The position numbers and the translations under genes were made by a program. This document shows positions 50,830-60,392 of a DNA stretch of 64,000 nt, piece after piece. Source of the stretch: Candidatus Latescibacterota bacterium (GTDB taxonomy: Bacteria; Latescibacterota; UBA2968; UBA8231); NCBI GenBank assembly GCA_965203355.1, contig OZ241889.1:3968001-4032000 (forward strand), in the 5' to 3' direction. The notes below the pieces were generated by a model. It saw only the letters and a program-made list of their open reading frames with translations. It was not told where the DNA came from and ran no database searches. Numbering within the stretch: position 1 is the first letter of the stretch; each line of letters begins with the position of its first letter.

Positions 50830-53490
50830 ATGAGCAACGCCCAAGAAATACAAGCCGAAATAAGCGAGTGGCTCGAATCCCTCGACTACGTGCTGGCCCA
50901 TAGGACGCCCGCGCAAGTACTCAAACTCCTACAACAGCTCCAAACTCACGCCGCAGAAGCCGGCGTCGGCACGCCCTTCAGCGTCAATACCCCCTACATC
51001 AACACCATTCCCCGCGATCAGCAGCCCCCCTATCCGGGTAGCCGCGAGATCGAGCGGCGGATCAAAAGCATCGTGCGCTGGAACGCCATGGCCATGGTCG
51101 TGCGCGCCAATCGCGACAACTCCAACCTCGGCGGCCACATCTCGACCTACGCCTCTTCAGCCACCCTCTACGAGGTCGGCTACAACCACTTTTTCCGCGC
51201 CCCGAGCAACGGCCATTCCGGCGACCAGATATACTTCCAAGGGCATGCTTCCCCCGGCATGTACGCCCGCGCCTTCGTCGAAGGCCGCCTCAACGAACAC
51301 CAGCTCGAAAACTTCCGCCGCGAATTGCAAGAAGGCGGTGGGCTCGCCTCCTATCCGCACCCTTGGCTAATGCCGAACTTTTGGCAGTTCCCAACCGTGT
51401 CTATGGGCTTGGGGCCCATCCTTTCGATCTATCAGGCGCGCTTCAACCGCTACCTCGAAAATCGCGGCCTCAAGCCCGCTGACGACAGCAAGGTGTGGGC
51501 CTTTTTGGGCGACGGCGAATGCGACGAGCCCGAGAGCTTGGGCGCACTCACCCTCGCTGCGCGCGAACAGCTCAACAACCTCATCTGGGTCGTCAACTGC
51601 AACCTCCAGCGCCTCGACGGCCCCGTGCGCGGCAACGGGAAGATAATACAAGAACTCGAAGCGGTCTTCCGCGGCGCTGGCTGGAACGTCATCAAGGTGA
51701 TCTGGGGCGATGACTGGGACCCGCTCTTGGAACAAGACGTCGACGGCAGCTTGGCCCAGCGCATGAACGAGGTCGTCGATGGCCAGTATCAGAAGTATTC
51801 GGTATCCGACGGCAGCTACATCCGCCACGACTTCTTCGGCTCAAGCCCAAAACTAGCGGCCATGGTCGAGGACTACTCGGACGAACAACTCCAGAAAATG
51901 CGGCGCGGTGGCCACGATCCAGCCAAGGTCTATGCCGCCTACCAGCAAGCCATCGCCCAAAAAAGCGCACCCACCGTCATCCTCGCCAAGACCGTCAAGG
52001 GCTACGGCATGGGCGAGGCCGGCGAGGGCAAGAACATCACCCATCAGCAAAAAAAGCTCAACGAAGACGAAATACGCCTTTTCCGCACCCGCTTTGGCAT
52101 CCCCATCTCGGACGACGAGGTCGCGGAGACGCCGTTCTACCGGCCCCCGGACGACAGCCCGGAAATCCAGTACATCCGCCAGCGGCGAGAAAGCCTCGGC
52201 GGTTTTATACCCCAGCGGCAGATAGCGGCCCCGCCGCTGACCATGCCGCCGGAAACGCTGTGGGAAGAATTCAAAAAAAGCTCGGGGCGGCGCGAGTTTG
52301 CCACGACGATGGCCTTCGTGTCGGTCATGCGCAAACTCATGCAAGACAAGCAAATCGGCAAGTTAATCGTCCCCATCGTCCCGGACGAATCGCGCACCTT
52401 TGGCATGGAGCCGCTCTTCCGCCAGTTTGGGATCTATTCGAGCTTAGGCCAGCTATACGAGCCGGTTGATAAAGACGTCATCACCTACTACAAAGAAGCC
52501 AAAGACGGCCAGATACTCGAAGAGGGCATCACCGAGGCTGGCTCTATGTCCTCCTTTATCGCGGCCGGCTCGGCCTATGCCACTCACGGCATCAACACCA
52601 TTCCCTTTTTCATTTACTACTCAATGTTTGGGATGCAGCGGATCGGCGATTTGGTCTGGCTGGCCGGCGACATGCGGGTCAAGGGTTTCATGGTCGGCGG
52701 CACGGCCGGGCGCACCACGCTCAACGGCGAGGGGCTGCAACACGCGGACGGACACAGCCACCTGTTGGCCTATCCAGTGCCCAATCTCGAAGCCTATGAT
52801 CCGGCCTTTGGCTACGAGATCGCCGTCATCATTCGCGAGGGCATTCGCCGCATGTATGTCGAGCAGGAGGACGTGTTCTACTACCTGACGGTCGAAAACG
52901 ACATCTACGCCATGCCGGAGATGCCCGACGGCGTCGAAGAAGGCATTCTCAAGGGCCTGTACAAGCTCAAGCCCTCGGCCAAGAAACGCGCCCGCCTCAA
53001 GGCCCACCTCTTCGGCAGCGGCGCAATCATCAACAGCACCCTCAAAGCACAGAGCATCCTCGAAGAAAAATACCAAGTCAGCGCCGATGTCTGGAGCATC
53101 ACCAGCTACAAAGCCCTGCACCGCGACGGGCTCGATGCCGAGCGTTGGAACCGCATGCATCCCGACGAAAAGCCCCGTCTCAGCTACATCGAACAATGCC
53201 TAGCCAAAGAGCGCGGCGTGTACGTCATGGCCTCAGACTACGTCAAGGCCCTCCCGGAGTCCATTGCCCGCTGGTTTCCCAACCCGCCCGTCGCCCTCGG
53301 CACCGATGGCTTCGGCCGCAGCGAGACCCGCGAAGCCCTGCGAGATCACTTTGAGGTCGATTACCGCTTCATTGCCTTAGGAGCCTTGAGCGCTCTGGCA
53401 CGCGAGGGACAAATCGAAAGCGACGCGGTCGTCCAAGCCATGCAAGACCTGGCGATTGACCCGGCAAAATCCAATCCCATTTACCTGTGA
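50830..53490 (+). CDS. aceE: Pyruvate dehydrogenase E1, homodimeric type
   Basis: GGHISTY, SYPHP, GDGECDEPES, NLQRLDGPV, TTLNGEGLQH, LGTDGFGRS. Confidence 0.97.
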   Translation: MSNAQEIQAEISEWLESLDYVLAHRTPAQVLKLLQQLQTHAAEAGVGTPFSVNTPYINTIPRDQQPPYPGSREIERRIKSIVRWNAMAMVVRANRDNSNLGGHISTYASSATLYEVGYNHFFRAPSNGHSGDQIYFQGHASPGMYARAFVEGRLNEHQLENFRRELQEGGGLASYPHPWLMPNFWQFPTVSMGLGPILSIYQARFNRYLENRGLKPADDSKVWAFLGDGECDEPESLGALTLAAREQLNNLIWVVNCNLQRLDGPVRGNGKIIQELEAVFRGAGWNVIKVIWGDDWDPLLEQDVDGSLAQRMNEVVDGQYQKYSVSDGSYIRHDFFGSSPKLAAMVEDYSDEQLQKMRRGGHDPAKVYAAYQQAIAQKSAPTVILAKTVKGYGMGEAGEGKNITHQQKKLNEDEIRLFRTRFGIPISDDEVAETPFYRPPDDSPEIQYIRQRRESLGGFIPQRQIAAPPLTMPPETLWEEFKKSSGRREFATTMAFVSVMRKLMQDKQIGKLIVPIVPDESRTFGMEPLFRQFGIYSSLGQLYEPVDKDVITYYKEAKDGQILEEGITEAGSMSSFIAAGSAYATHGINTIPFFIYYSMFGMQRIGDLVWLAGDMRVKGFMVGGTAGRTTLNGEGLQHADGHSHLLAYPVPNLEAYDPAFGYEIAVIIREGIRRMYVEQEDVFYYLTVENDIYAMPEMPDGVEEGILKGLYKLKPSAKKRARLKAHLFGSGAIINSTLKAQSILEEKYQVSADVWSITSYKALHRDGLDAERWNRMHPDEKPRLSYIEQCLAKERGVYVMASDYVKALPESIARWFPNPPVALGTDGFGRSETREALRDHFEVDYRFIALGALSALAREGQIESDAVVQAMQDLAIDPAKSNPIYL

Positions 53491-53504
53491 GTTTAGGCCG
53501 CACT

Positions 53505-54746
53505 ATGTCCGTACAATTTGCCCTGCCCGACTTGGGAGAAAACATTGAAAGCGGCGATGTAATCCGCATCCTCGTCGCCGTCGGCGACCCCCTCGCCGAA
53601 GATCAGACCGTTATCGAGCTCGAAACCGACAAAGCCGTCATTGAGGTGCCTTCTTCCGTAGATGGCACCGTTGCCGAAATTCTCGTCCAACAGGGCGACA
53701 CCATTGCCGTCGGGCAGCCCATCCTCGAAGTCGAGGTAGCCGCAGCCGAGGAAACGCCCCCACCACCGGCCGAGGAACCGACTTCAATCCCGACCACGCC
53801 GGTCTCGGTCCTCGAAGAAGCCCCGCCCACGCCGGCCCCGGTCTCTACAGACGGTCCCGTCCCAGCCGCGCCCTCAACGCGCCGCCTCGCCCGCGAAATT
53901 GGCGTCGATATCGCGCAGGTCCAAGGCGCGGGCCCGGGCGGCCGGATCTCCATCGACGACGTCAAGGCGCACTCAAAAAAGCTACACGCAGCTCGGGCGG
54001 CGGCTCCAGCCCCAACCGCCCCGCTGCCCGACTTTAGCCAGTGGGGCGCTGTCGAGCACCAGCCCATGACCAAGGTGCGCACGATAACGGCCGAGCGTCT
54101 CGCGCAGGCTTGGGCCACCATCCCGCAAGTCACCCAGTTCGACAAAGCCGACATCACCCGCTTGGAAAAGTGGCGCGCGGAATACGGCAAAAAGGCCGAA
54201 GCCGGCGGCGGCAAGCTGACGCCAACCGCGATCCTCATCAAAGTGCTCGGCATCGCCCTCAAGGTCTTTCCGCAGTTCAACGCCAGCATCGACATGGCCC
54301 AGCGGAAAGTCGTGTACAAACGCTATTTCCACATCGGCATTGCCGTCGATACTCCCCACGGCCTGCTCGTGCCCGTGGTGCGCAACGTAGACCAAAAGAA
54401 CATCATCGAATTGGCGGTCGAGTTGAGCGAAATGGCGCAAAAGACGCGCGAGCGCAAGATCGCGCCAGCCGACATGCAGGGCGGGTCCATGACCATCAGC
54501 AACGTCGGCACCATGGGCGGTACGGCCTTCACGCCCATCGTCAACCCACCCGAAGTGGCCATCCTCGGGGTGGCGCGCTCGCAAGTCGAACCCGCTTATA
54601 TCGGCGGTCAGCTTCAGCCGCGCACCTTCCTGCCCCTGTCGCTGTCCTACGATCACCGCCTGATCGACGGGGCCGATGGTGCGCGTTTCCTCCGCTGGGT
54701 TTGCACGGCACTGGAAGACCCCTTTATCGCGCTCCTAGAAGGCTGA
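53505..54746 (+). CDS. aceF: Dihydrolipoamide acetyltransferase E2 (single lipoyl domain)
   Basis: ETDKA lipoyl site, AAPSTRRLARE, LSYDHRLIDGA. Confidence 0.95.
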   Translation: MSVQFALPDLGENIESGDVIRILVAVGDPLAEDQTVIELETDKAVIEVPSSVDGTVAEILVQQGDTIAVGQPILEVEVAAAEETPPPPAEEPTSIPTTPVSVLEEAPPTPAPVSTDGPVPAAPSTRRLAREIGVDIAQVQGAGPGGRISIDDVKAHSKKLHAARAAAPAPTAPLPDFSQWGAVEHQPMTKVRTITAERLAQAWATIPQVTQFDKADITRLEKWRAEYGKKAEAGGGKLTPTAILIKVLGIALKVFPQFNASIDMAQRKVVYKRYFHIGIAVDTPHGLLVPVVRNVDQKNIIELAVELSEMAQKTRERKIAPADMQGGSMTISNVGTMGGTAFTPIVNPPEVAILGVARSQVEPAYIGGQLQPRTFLPLSLSYDHRLIDGADGARFLRWVCTALEDPFIALLEG

Positions 54747-54754
54747 AGGCGGCC

Positions 54755-56170
54755 ATGGACAAAGCTCAGCTAGCGGTCATCGGCGGCGGTCCCGGGGGAT
54801 ACGTCGCCGCCTTTAAGGCCGCGGACTTGGGGTTGGATGTCGCCCTGATCGATCCCGAAGCCCATCCGGGCGGCGTCTGTCTCTACCGAGGCTGCATCCC
54901 TTCCAAGGCCCTCCTGCACATTTCCAAGCTGCTCTACGAAGCCAAGGAAGCCGAGCACTGGGGCATCCAATTCGCCCAACCCGAGATTGACCTCGACAAG
55001 CTGCGGACCAAAAAAGACGAGGTCGTCGCCCAGATGACGCAGGGCTTAGGCCAACTCGTCAGGGCGCGCAAGCTGACCTACGTGCGGGGCCGCGCCCGCT
55101 TCCTCGACCCGCACACCCTACAAATCGACAAAGCCGACGGCAGCCAAGACTCCTTGCCATTTGAACAAGCCATCCTCGCCACGGGGTCGCGCCCAGCCGT
55201 GCCAGCGCTCTTTGATCAGCCGAGCGACCGGATCATGGACTCGACCGCGGCCGTCGCACTGCGCGACATCCCCGCCTCTATGCTCGTCGTCGGCGGCGGC
55301 ATCATCGGCCTGGAGCTGGGGCAGGTGTACGCGGCGCTGGGCACTCGAGTTTCGGTCGTCGAAATGCTGCCCGGGCTGATCCCCCCGGCCGACCGCGACT
55401 TGGTCAAACCGCTGCACAATAAGGCCACCGAGCGCTTCGACGAGATCATGCTCAGCACCCAAGTGACCGCACTCGCAGAACGCGACGATGGCTTAGCAGT
55501 ACAATTACAAAACAGCGACGGCCAGCGCTTGGCCAAGACCTACGCCAAAATCCTGCTCGCCGTGGGCCGGATTCCCAATAGCGAAGACTTGGGCTTGGAA
55601 AACACGGCCGTCGGCCTCGACGAGCGCGGCTACGTCCAAGTCGATGATCAACTGCGCACGGCCGAGGCTTCGATTTTCGCCATCGGCGATCTCGTCGGAG
55701 CAGCCCTCGCGCACACGGCCGCCCACCAAGGGAGCTTGGCCGCCGAGGTCGCCGCCGGGCACGAAAAACAGATATTCGCGCCCCAAGCCATTCCCAACGT
55801 CGTCTACACCGACCCGGAAATCGCCTGGTGCGGCCTCACCGAAGCAGAAGCCAAACAGCAGGGCCGCTCGGTCGCGGTCGCGCGCTTTCCTTGGTCGGCT
55901 TCTGGCCGCGCCGCAACCCAAGGCACCAGCGACGGCCTCACCAAGCTGCTCATCGACCCCCAGACCGACCGCATCCTAGGCGTGGGCATTGCCGGCCGGG
56001 GCGCCGGTGAGCTGATCGCCGAGGGCGTCTTGGCCGTGGAGATGGCCGCGCTTGCGGCCGATGTCCAGCTTTCGATTCACCCCCATCCCACGCTCTCGGA
56101 AACCCTCATGGAAGCGGCCGAAAGCCACTACGGCCAAAGCACCCACCTCTACGCGCCCAAACGACGCTGA
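54755..56170 (+). CDS. lpdA: Dihydrolipoamide dehydrogenase E3
   Basis: GGGPGGY, GGVCLYRGCIPSK, GGGIIGLE, HPHPTLSE. Real start is ATG 54755 inside the 709-aa ORF. Confidence 0.96.
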   Translation: MDKAQLAVIGGGPGGYVAAFKAADLGLDVALIDPEAHPGGVCLYRGCIPSKALLHISKLLYEAKEAEHWGIQFAQPEIDLDKLRTKKDEVVAQMTQGLGQLVRARKLTYVRGRARFLDPHTLQIDKADGSQDSLPFEQAILATGSRPAVPALFDQPSDRIMDSTAAVALRDIPASMLVVGGGIIGLELGQVYAALGTRVSVVEMLPGLIPPADRDLVKPLHNKATERFDEIMLSTQVTALAERDDGLAVQLQNSDGQRLAKTYAKILLAVGRIPNSEDLGLENTAVGLDERGYVQVDDQLRTAEASIFAIGDLVGAALAHTAAHQGSLAAEVAAGHEKQIFAPQAIPNVVYTDPEIAWCGLTEAEAKQQGRSVAVARFPWSASGRAATQGTSDGLTKLLIDPQTDRILGVGIAGRGAGELIAEGVLAVEMAALAADVQLSIHPHPTLSETLMEAAESHYGQSTHLYAPKRR

Positions 56171-56862
56171 AGCACGACCTCCAGGGTCCTAAGATGCGCC
56201 TCCGCCCGCACCGCTAGCGGCCATTCGCTGGGCGTCTCGCTGATCAGCGCGTGTTCGGTGTGATGCGCATACAAGTAGGGTGCCAATCCAGCCTCGCCCC
56301 ACTCTGGATCAATCAGGAAGACGCCTTCGGCAATCACTTTGTCGCTTTCGCCGGATTCTCCGTCAATCGGCATCACCGCGCGCACTTGCTCGACAATGGC
56401 CGGCCCGAGCCACTGCTGGTCGCGCTTGGCCTCATAGCAGTAAAACCCCGACGCCTCCCAGTCCTCGTGAAAGTCCAGCGCACAGTCAAAGTGCCGACCG
56501 CTCAGCAATGCTTTGAGTTGCGCCACGAGCGGCACTGCATCGCCGCCAAACTCCCGATTGCAATCCAAGCCGGCTTCGTTTTCGCGGGTATTGTGGACAT
56601 AGCCGTGCGGATTGAGGCAGGGCAAGATCAGAAACTGACAACGCTGGACGAGACGCGGACTCAGTTTCTCGGCAAAGCGCAGCGCGGCTTCTGGCCCGGC
56701 TGGCTCGTCCCCGTGCAACCCGGCCGTCAGCAGGATTCGCGCCTGAGTACCGCTTCCTAATTCTAGGGCGTAAATCGGGTATCCACCGCACTCGGCTACT
56801 AGCTGTGTTGGCCCTACCGCCTGCAGACGATGCCACAACATCGCATAATCGCGTTTCTTCAT
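56149..56862 (-). CDS. M14 metallocarboxypeptidase / succinylglutamate desuccinylase-like protein
   Basis: AGLHGDEPAG, PCLNPHG..REN..DCNREF, LDFHED, ISETP. Confidence 0.85.
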   Translation of the reverse strand: MKKRDYAMLWHRLQAVGPTQLVAECGGYPIYALELGSGTQARILLTAGLHGDEPAGPEAALRFAEKLSPRLVQRCQFLILPCLNPHGYVHNTRENEAGLDCNREFGGDAVPLVAQLKALLSGRHFDCALDFHEDWEASGFYCYEAKRDQQWLGPAIVEQVRAVMPIDGESGESDKVIAEGVFLIDPEWGEAGLAPYLYAHHTEHALISETPSEWPLAVRAEAHLRTLEVVLQRRLGA

Positions 56863-56975
56863 TTTTACGGCCCTCCTCGGCCCTTTGCGCTGCTGTTGCA
56901 CCTTGTTATTTTTAAGAACAGAACGCGCTGCTGGCGCGTCCCACTAGCTATCCACCTCAAACCTTTGCCATACCG

Positions 56976-59096
56976 ATGACCAACAAAGCCAAATGGGCTT
57001 GGACAACGCTGTTTCTGAGCCTACTGGTCCTATTGCCTGCCGTCTATTTCTATTTCTCGGAATCCCCTAAGCCGCTCCCCACGCCGCAGCCGCCTAGCCC
57101 AATTGCCGCGCTGATCGCCGACGACCGCTGCGATCTCGCCTATCCCCAACTCGCGGCGCTAGATGCGACCCAACGCCCGCCGACCGCTCAAGCGCATATC
57201 GAGTTCCAGCGGGCGTTTTGCGAGCGCGTTCTCAAAGAGCCAAGCCGCGCGTACACTCGTTTGCGCGACCTCGACCTACCGGGCTTGGACGACTACCGCC
57301 GCTTCTGGATGGCCCGCTCGCTAGAGGACCTGGGCCAGACGCACGATGCCATCGCCGAATACGAAAATTTTCTCGCTACCTCGGCCAACCCGATCCTCCG
57401 CAACCCAGCCAGCCTGCGCTTGGCTTCCCTCTACCGTTCTTCCGGGCACTACGCCAAGGCCGTCCCCCTATACGAAGAACAACTCGCGCAGAACGCCGAT
57501 CCAGCGCGCGTGCTCTACTTGCTCGCAATCACGAGCCAAAAGCACGACTCGGCGCGGGCGCAAAATTGGCGTTTAGAACTGCTGGAAAAACACCCCCACT
57601 CCGGGCACGCCCGCAAGAGTCTGTCGCACTTGCCCAAAAAGCTAGACGCCCGCACGGCTTATGCCAAGGCCCAAACCTACTATAGCCACCGGCAATTCAA
57701 CCAAGCCATCAAGAGCTTTCACAGCTTCATCCGCGAACACCGCGGCCATCAGCGCGTTGCCCAAGCGCACTACATGCTCGGCCAAGCCCACCTAGCGGCC
57801 GGGCACTACACCAAGGCCGAGCAAGTTTTTCGCACGGTTCACGATCGCTACGGTAAGCCAGCGGCCCTTTATCGCCTCGCCAGTCTCTCGGTCCGCAGAA
57901 ACCGCGAAGACCAGGCCATTACGGCCTACGCGAACTTTGCCGAGCGCTATCCCCAGCACGACTTGGCCGACGACGCCCTGTGGCAAGCCGCCAAAGCCGC
58001 CGAGCGCAAAAGTCAGTTCGCCCGCGCCGAGGCACTCTATCGCCGCCTAGCCGAGCACTACCCGCAAACCGATTACGGCGACGAAGCGCGTTGGAGCGTC
58101 GGTTTCGCGCTCTATTGCCAAGCGCAATACTCCGAAGCCTTGGCCGCTTTTGAGCGCACCAGTCAGCAGGCGCGCCAGCCCCACCTCATCGACCAATCCC
58201 TGTATTGGGCGGGAAAAAGTGCCGAGCGGCTCGGTCAAACAAAGGACGCCACCGCGTTCTACCGCCGCGCGGCCACCGGATTCCCCCGCTCGTACTACTC
58301 GGCCCGCGCTGTCCAACTGGGCCATAGAGACCAAGTTCAACTCAAGGGACGATCCGCCGACAGCTTCGGCCAAGGCGTCCCACCGCTGGCGCACCGGGCC
58401 CACCTAGAACGCGCTGGCTTGCTGAACCAACTAGGGCTGAGGGATTGGTCAAGAGCCGAGATGGAGCAAGCCGTCCTCGACCACACGGGCCACAAGGCTG
58501 CGCTCAAGGCCATCCGCGACTACTACGAAGCACTCGGCTATCGCGACCAAGCACTGCGGCTGTCGATGCGCCTGTTCGACGGGCAAGACCCGGCCGAACT
58601 GTCGCGCATCTACCCGACTTACTACTGGGCAGAGATCGCCGCGGCCGCAGCCGAGGCCCAAATCGACCCTTATCTGGTCTTATCGGTAATTCGCCAGGAA
58701 AGCACGTTTAACGAAAAAGCGGTGTCGCGGGCCGGCGCTAGAGGCCTGATGCAGATCATGCCCCACACCGGCCTCAATCTCGCGCGGCAGTTGGCGGTAA
58801 AACCCTTTGAACTGCAGGCACTCTTTGATCCGGCCGTTTCCATCCGCTTGGGTAGTTATTTTCTCGGCGACCAAATGCGCCAATTTGCCGCCAGCGCGGG
58901 CGCGGACTTGGGCTTTGAACTGGGCTTGGCCGCGTACAACGCCGGCCCGCACAACGCCCGCCGATGGCTCAAGACCTTTCCCTCCGAGGACCCGGACGCC
59001 TTCGTCGAGCACATCCCCTTCAAAGAAACCCGCCTCTACGTCAAGCTAGTCCTCAAAAACTACGCCATTTACAAGGCCCTGTCCGATGACGCCTGA
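56976..59096 (+). CDS. TPR-containing soluble lytic murein transglycosylase (Slt-like), membrane-anchored
   Basis: N-terminal TM, TPR repeats, IRQES, GARGLMQIMP, AAYNAG, ETRLYV. Confidence 0.92.
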   Translation: MTNKAKWAWTTLFLSLLVLLPAVYFYFSESPKPLPTPQPPSPIAALIADDRCDLAYPQLAALDATQRPPTAQAHIEFQRAFCERVLKEPSRAYTRLRDLDLPGLDDYRRFWMARSLEDLGQTHDAIAEYENFLATSANPILRNPASLRLASLYRSSGHYAKAVPLYEEQLAQNADPARVLYLLAITSQKHDSARAQNWRLELLEKHPHSGHARKSLSHLPKKLDARTAYAKAQTYYSHRQFNQAIKSFHSFIREHRGHQRVAQAHYMLGQAHLAAGHYTKAEQVFRTVHDRYGKPAALYRLASLSVRRNREDQAITAYANFAERYPQHDLADDALWQAAKAAERKSQFARAEALYRRLAEHYPQTDYGDEARWSVGFALYCQAQYSEALAAFERTSQQARQPHLIDQSLYWAGKSAERLGQTKDATAFYRRAATGFPRSYYSARAVQLGHRDQVQLKGRSADSFGQGVPPLAHRAHLERAGLLNQLGLRDWSRAEMEQAVLDHTGHKAALKAIRDYYEALGYRDQALRLSMRLFDGQDPAELSRIYPTYYWAEIAAAAAEAQIDPYLVLSVIRQESTFNEKAVSRAGARGLMQIMPHTGLNLARQLAVKPFELQALFDPAVSIRLGSYFLGDQMRQFAASAGADLGFELGLAAYNAGPHNARRWLKTFPSEDPDAFVEHIPFKETRLYVKLVLKNYAIYKALSDDA

Positions 59097-59364
59097 ACCC
59101 GAAGAGTCGCGAGAAAAAAGGCACAAGCTAATCGAAGATGTTTTCATCTTGCTCTGCATCGCCAGCCTGTGGCCCGTGGTGTTAGGCTGGACCGAGCCGA
59201 TCTATCAGTATTTGCTCTACGCAGCACTGGCGGGTCTGATCTTCATTTTCATCCGGCGCGTCCGCCGCTTCCACGACGCCCGCAACGCCCTCCGCGATGC
59301 CGAGGACGGCCCGCAGATAAGCCCCCCGCCCAAGCGCGACGAGACCGATCATTCGCAGAATTGA
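59086..59364 (+). CDS. Small two-TM hypothetical membrane protein
   Basis: Overlaps the slt stop; two hydrophobic helices followed by RRVRRF. Confidence 0.65.
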   Translation: MTPEPEESREKRHKLIEDVFILLCIASLWPVVLGWTEPIYQYLLYAALAGLIFIFIRRVRRFHDARNALRDAEDGPQISPPPKRDETDHSQN

Positions 59365-59492
59365 GGCGGGGACGATGATCAACCTGAATTTGGGAGTCAA
59401 GACCGTCCCGGTGGTCGAGCATCAAATAGACGAGAGTTTCTTTAGCTATTTAGCCGAGAAGTCGATGCGAGCAAGCACTGTGCGCTAGCGTT

Positions 59493-60392
59493 TCACCGCC
59501 CTCGGCCCAGCCGCTCCAACGCCAAGACCAACACCGCGCCCGCCGCAATCAGTCCCAAACTCAGCCAAACCTCGCCGTTGAACTCCTGCGGCCACGTGCA
59601 TTCGTAGCACCCGTTCTCCAGCGCGTTGCGGAACGGCCACACCTTGCCCAGAGAACCCAACATCAACCCCACCAAACAGGCCATCGTACTAGCGCGAAAG
59701 TGGGTCAGCAGGCGTTTGAGTAGCCGCGAAAAGCCGAGCAAACCAACGACCGCTCCAACGCCAAAAAGGGCCAAAACCTCCCAATCGAACTCGTGTACCG
59801 CGGTCAAAACCTGCTGGTATTTGCCCATGACCACCAGCAGAAACGAGCCGCTAATCCCCGGCAGAATCATCGCGCAGATGGCCACCATGCCAGCCAGCAC
59901 AAACTTGTAGCCTTCAACCCCAGTCTCGACCGGCACCAACGTGGTGATGGCATAGCCAACTACTGCGCCGAGCCCGGTCAGCCCCCATTGCGCCATCCCC
60001 CATCCGGCGACCTGCCGTGCGACCACGAGCGCACTGGCTAAGATCAGCCCCGTGAAAAAACCCCACACAGGCTGAGGGTGCGCTGCCAGCAGCCAAGTTA
60101 TGAACTTGGCCAGCGAGACAATCGCCAAACCCACGCCGCACAGCAGCGGCACCAAAAAAGAAGCATTGACGCGGTGCAACACCTCGATCAAGCGTCCCCG
60201 CACCAAGGCACGCACGAGCCGTTGATCAACGGCGGCAATCGTCCCGACCAGTTCGTCGTAAATGCCCGTGACCAAGGCGATCGTCCCCCCGGAAACCCCG
60301 GGAATCACATCGGCCGTGCCCATGCAAAGCCCGCGCAAAACCAACCCAAGTGCGCGTCGTCTGCCTTCGATTAGCAACTCACTTGCTGTCAC
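59493..60392 (-). CDS. DUF368 family membrane protein (undecaprenyl-phosphate translocase family)
   Basis: GTADVIPGVSGGTIALVTGIY and AMILPGISGS repeats; GTG start with GGAG upstream. Confidence 0.9.
   Translation of the reverse strand: MTASELLIEGRRRALGLVLRGLCMGTADVIPGVSGGTIALVTGIYDELVGTIAAVDQRLVRALVRGRLIEVLHRVNASFLVPLLCGVGLAIVSLAKFITWLLAAHPQPVWGFFTGLILASALVVARQVAGWGMAQWGLTGLGAVVGYAITTLVPVETGVEGYKFVLAGMVAICAMILPGISGSFLLVVMGKYQQVLTAVHEFDWEVLALFGVGAVVGLLGFSRLLKRLLTHFRASTMACLVGLMLGSLGKVWPFRNALENGCYECTWPQEFNGEVWLSLGLIAAGAVLVLALERLGRGR

Noticed and set aside
54041-54754. 709-aa extended LpdA suggesting a fusion
   Set aside because: The extension is an off-frame overlap of aceF; LpdA motifs start at 54755.
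57600-58300. Repetitive pattern in the slt gene
   Set aside because: Ordinary TPR repeats at protein level, with no DNA tandem repeat.
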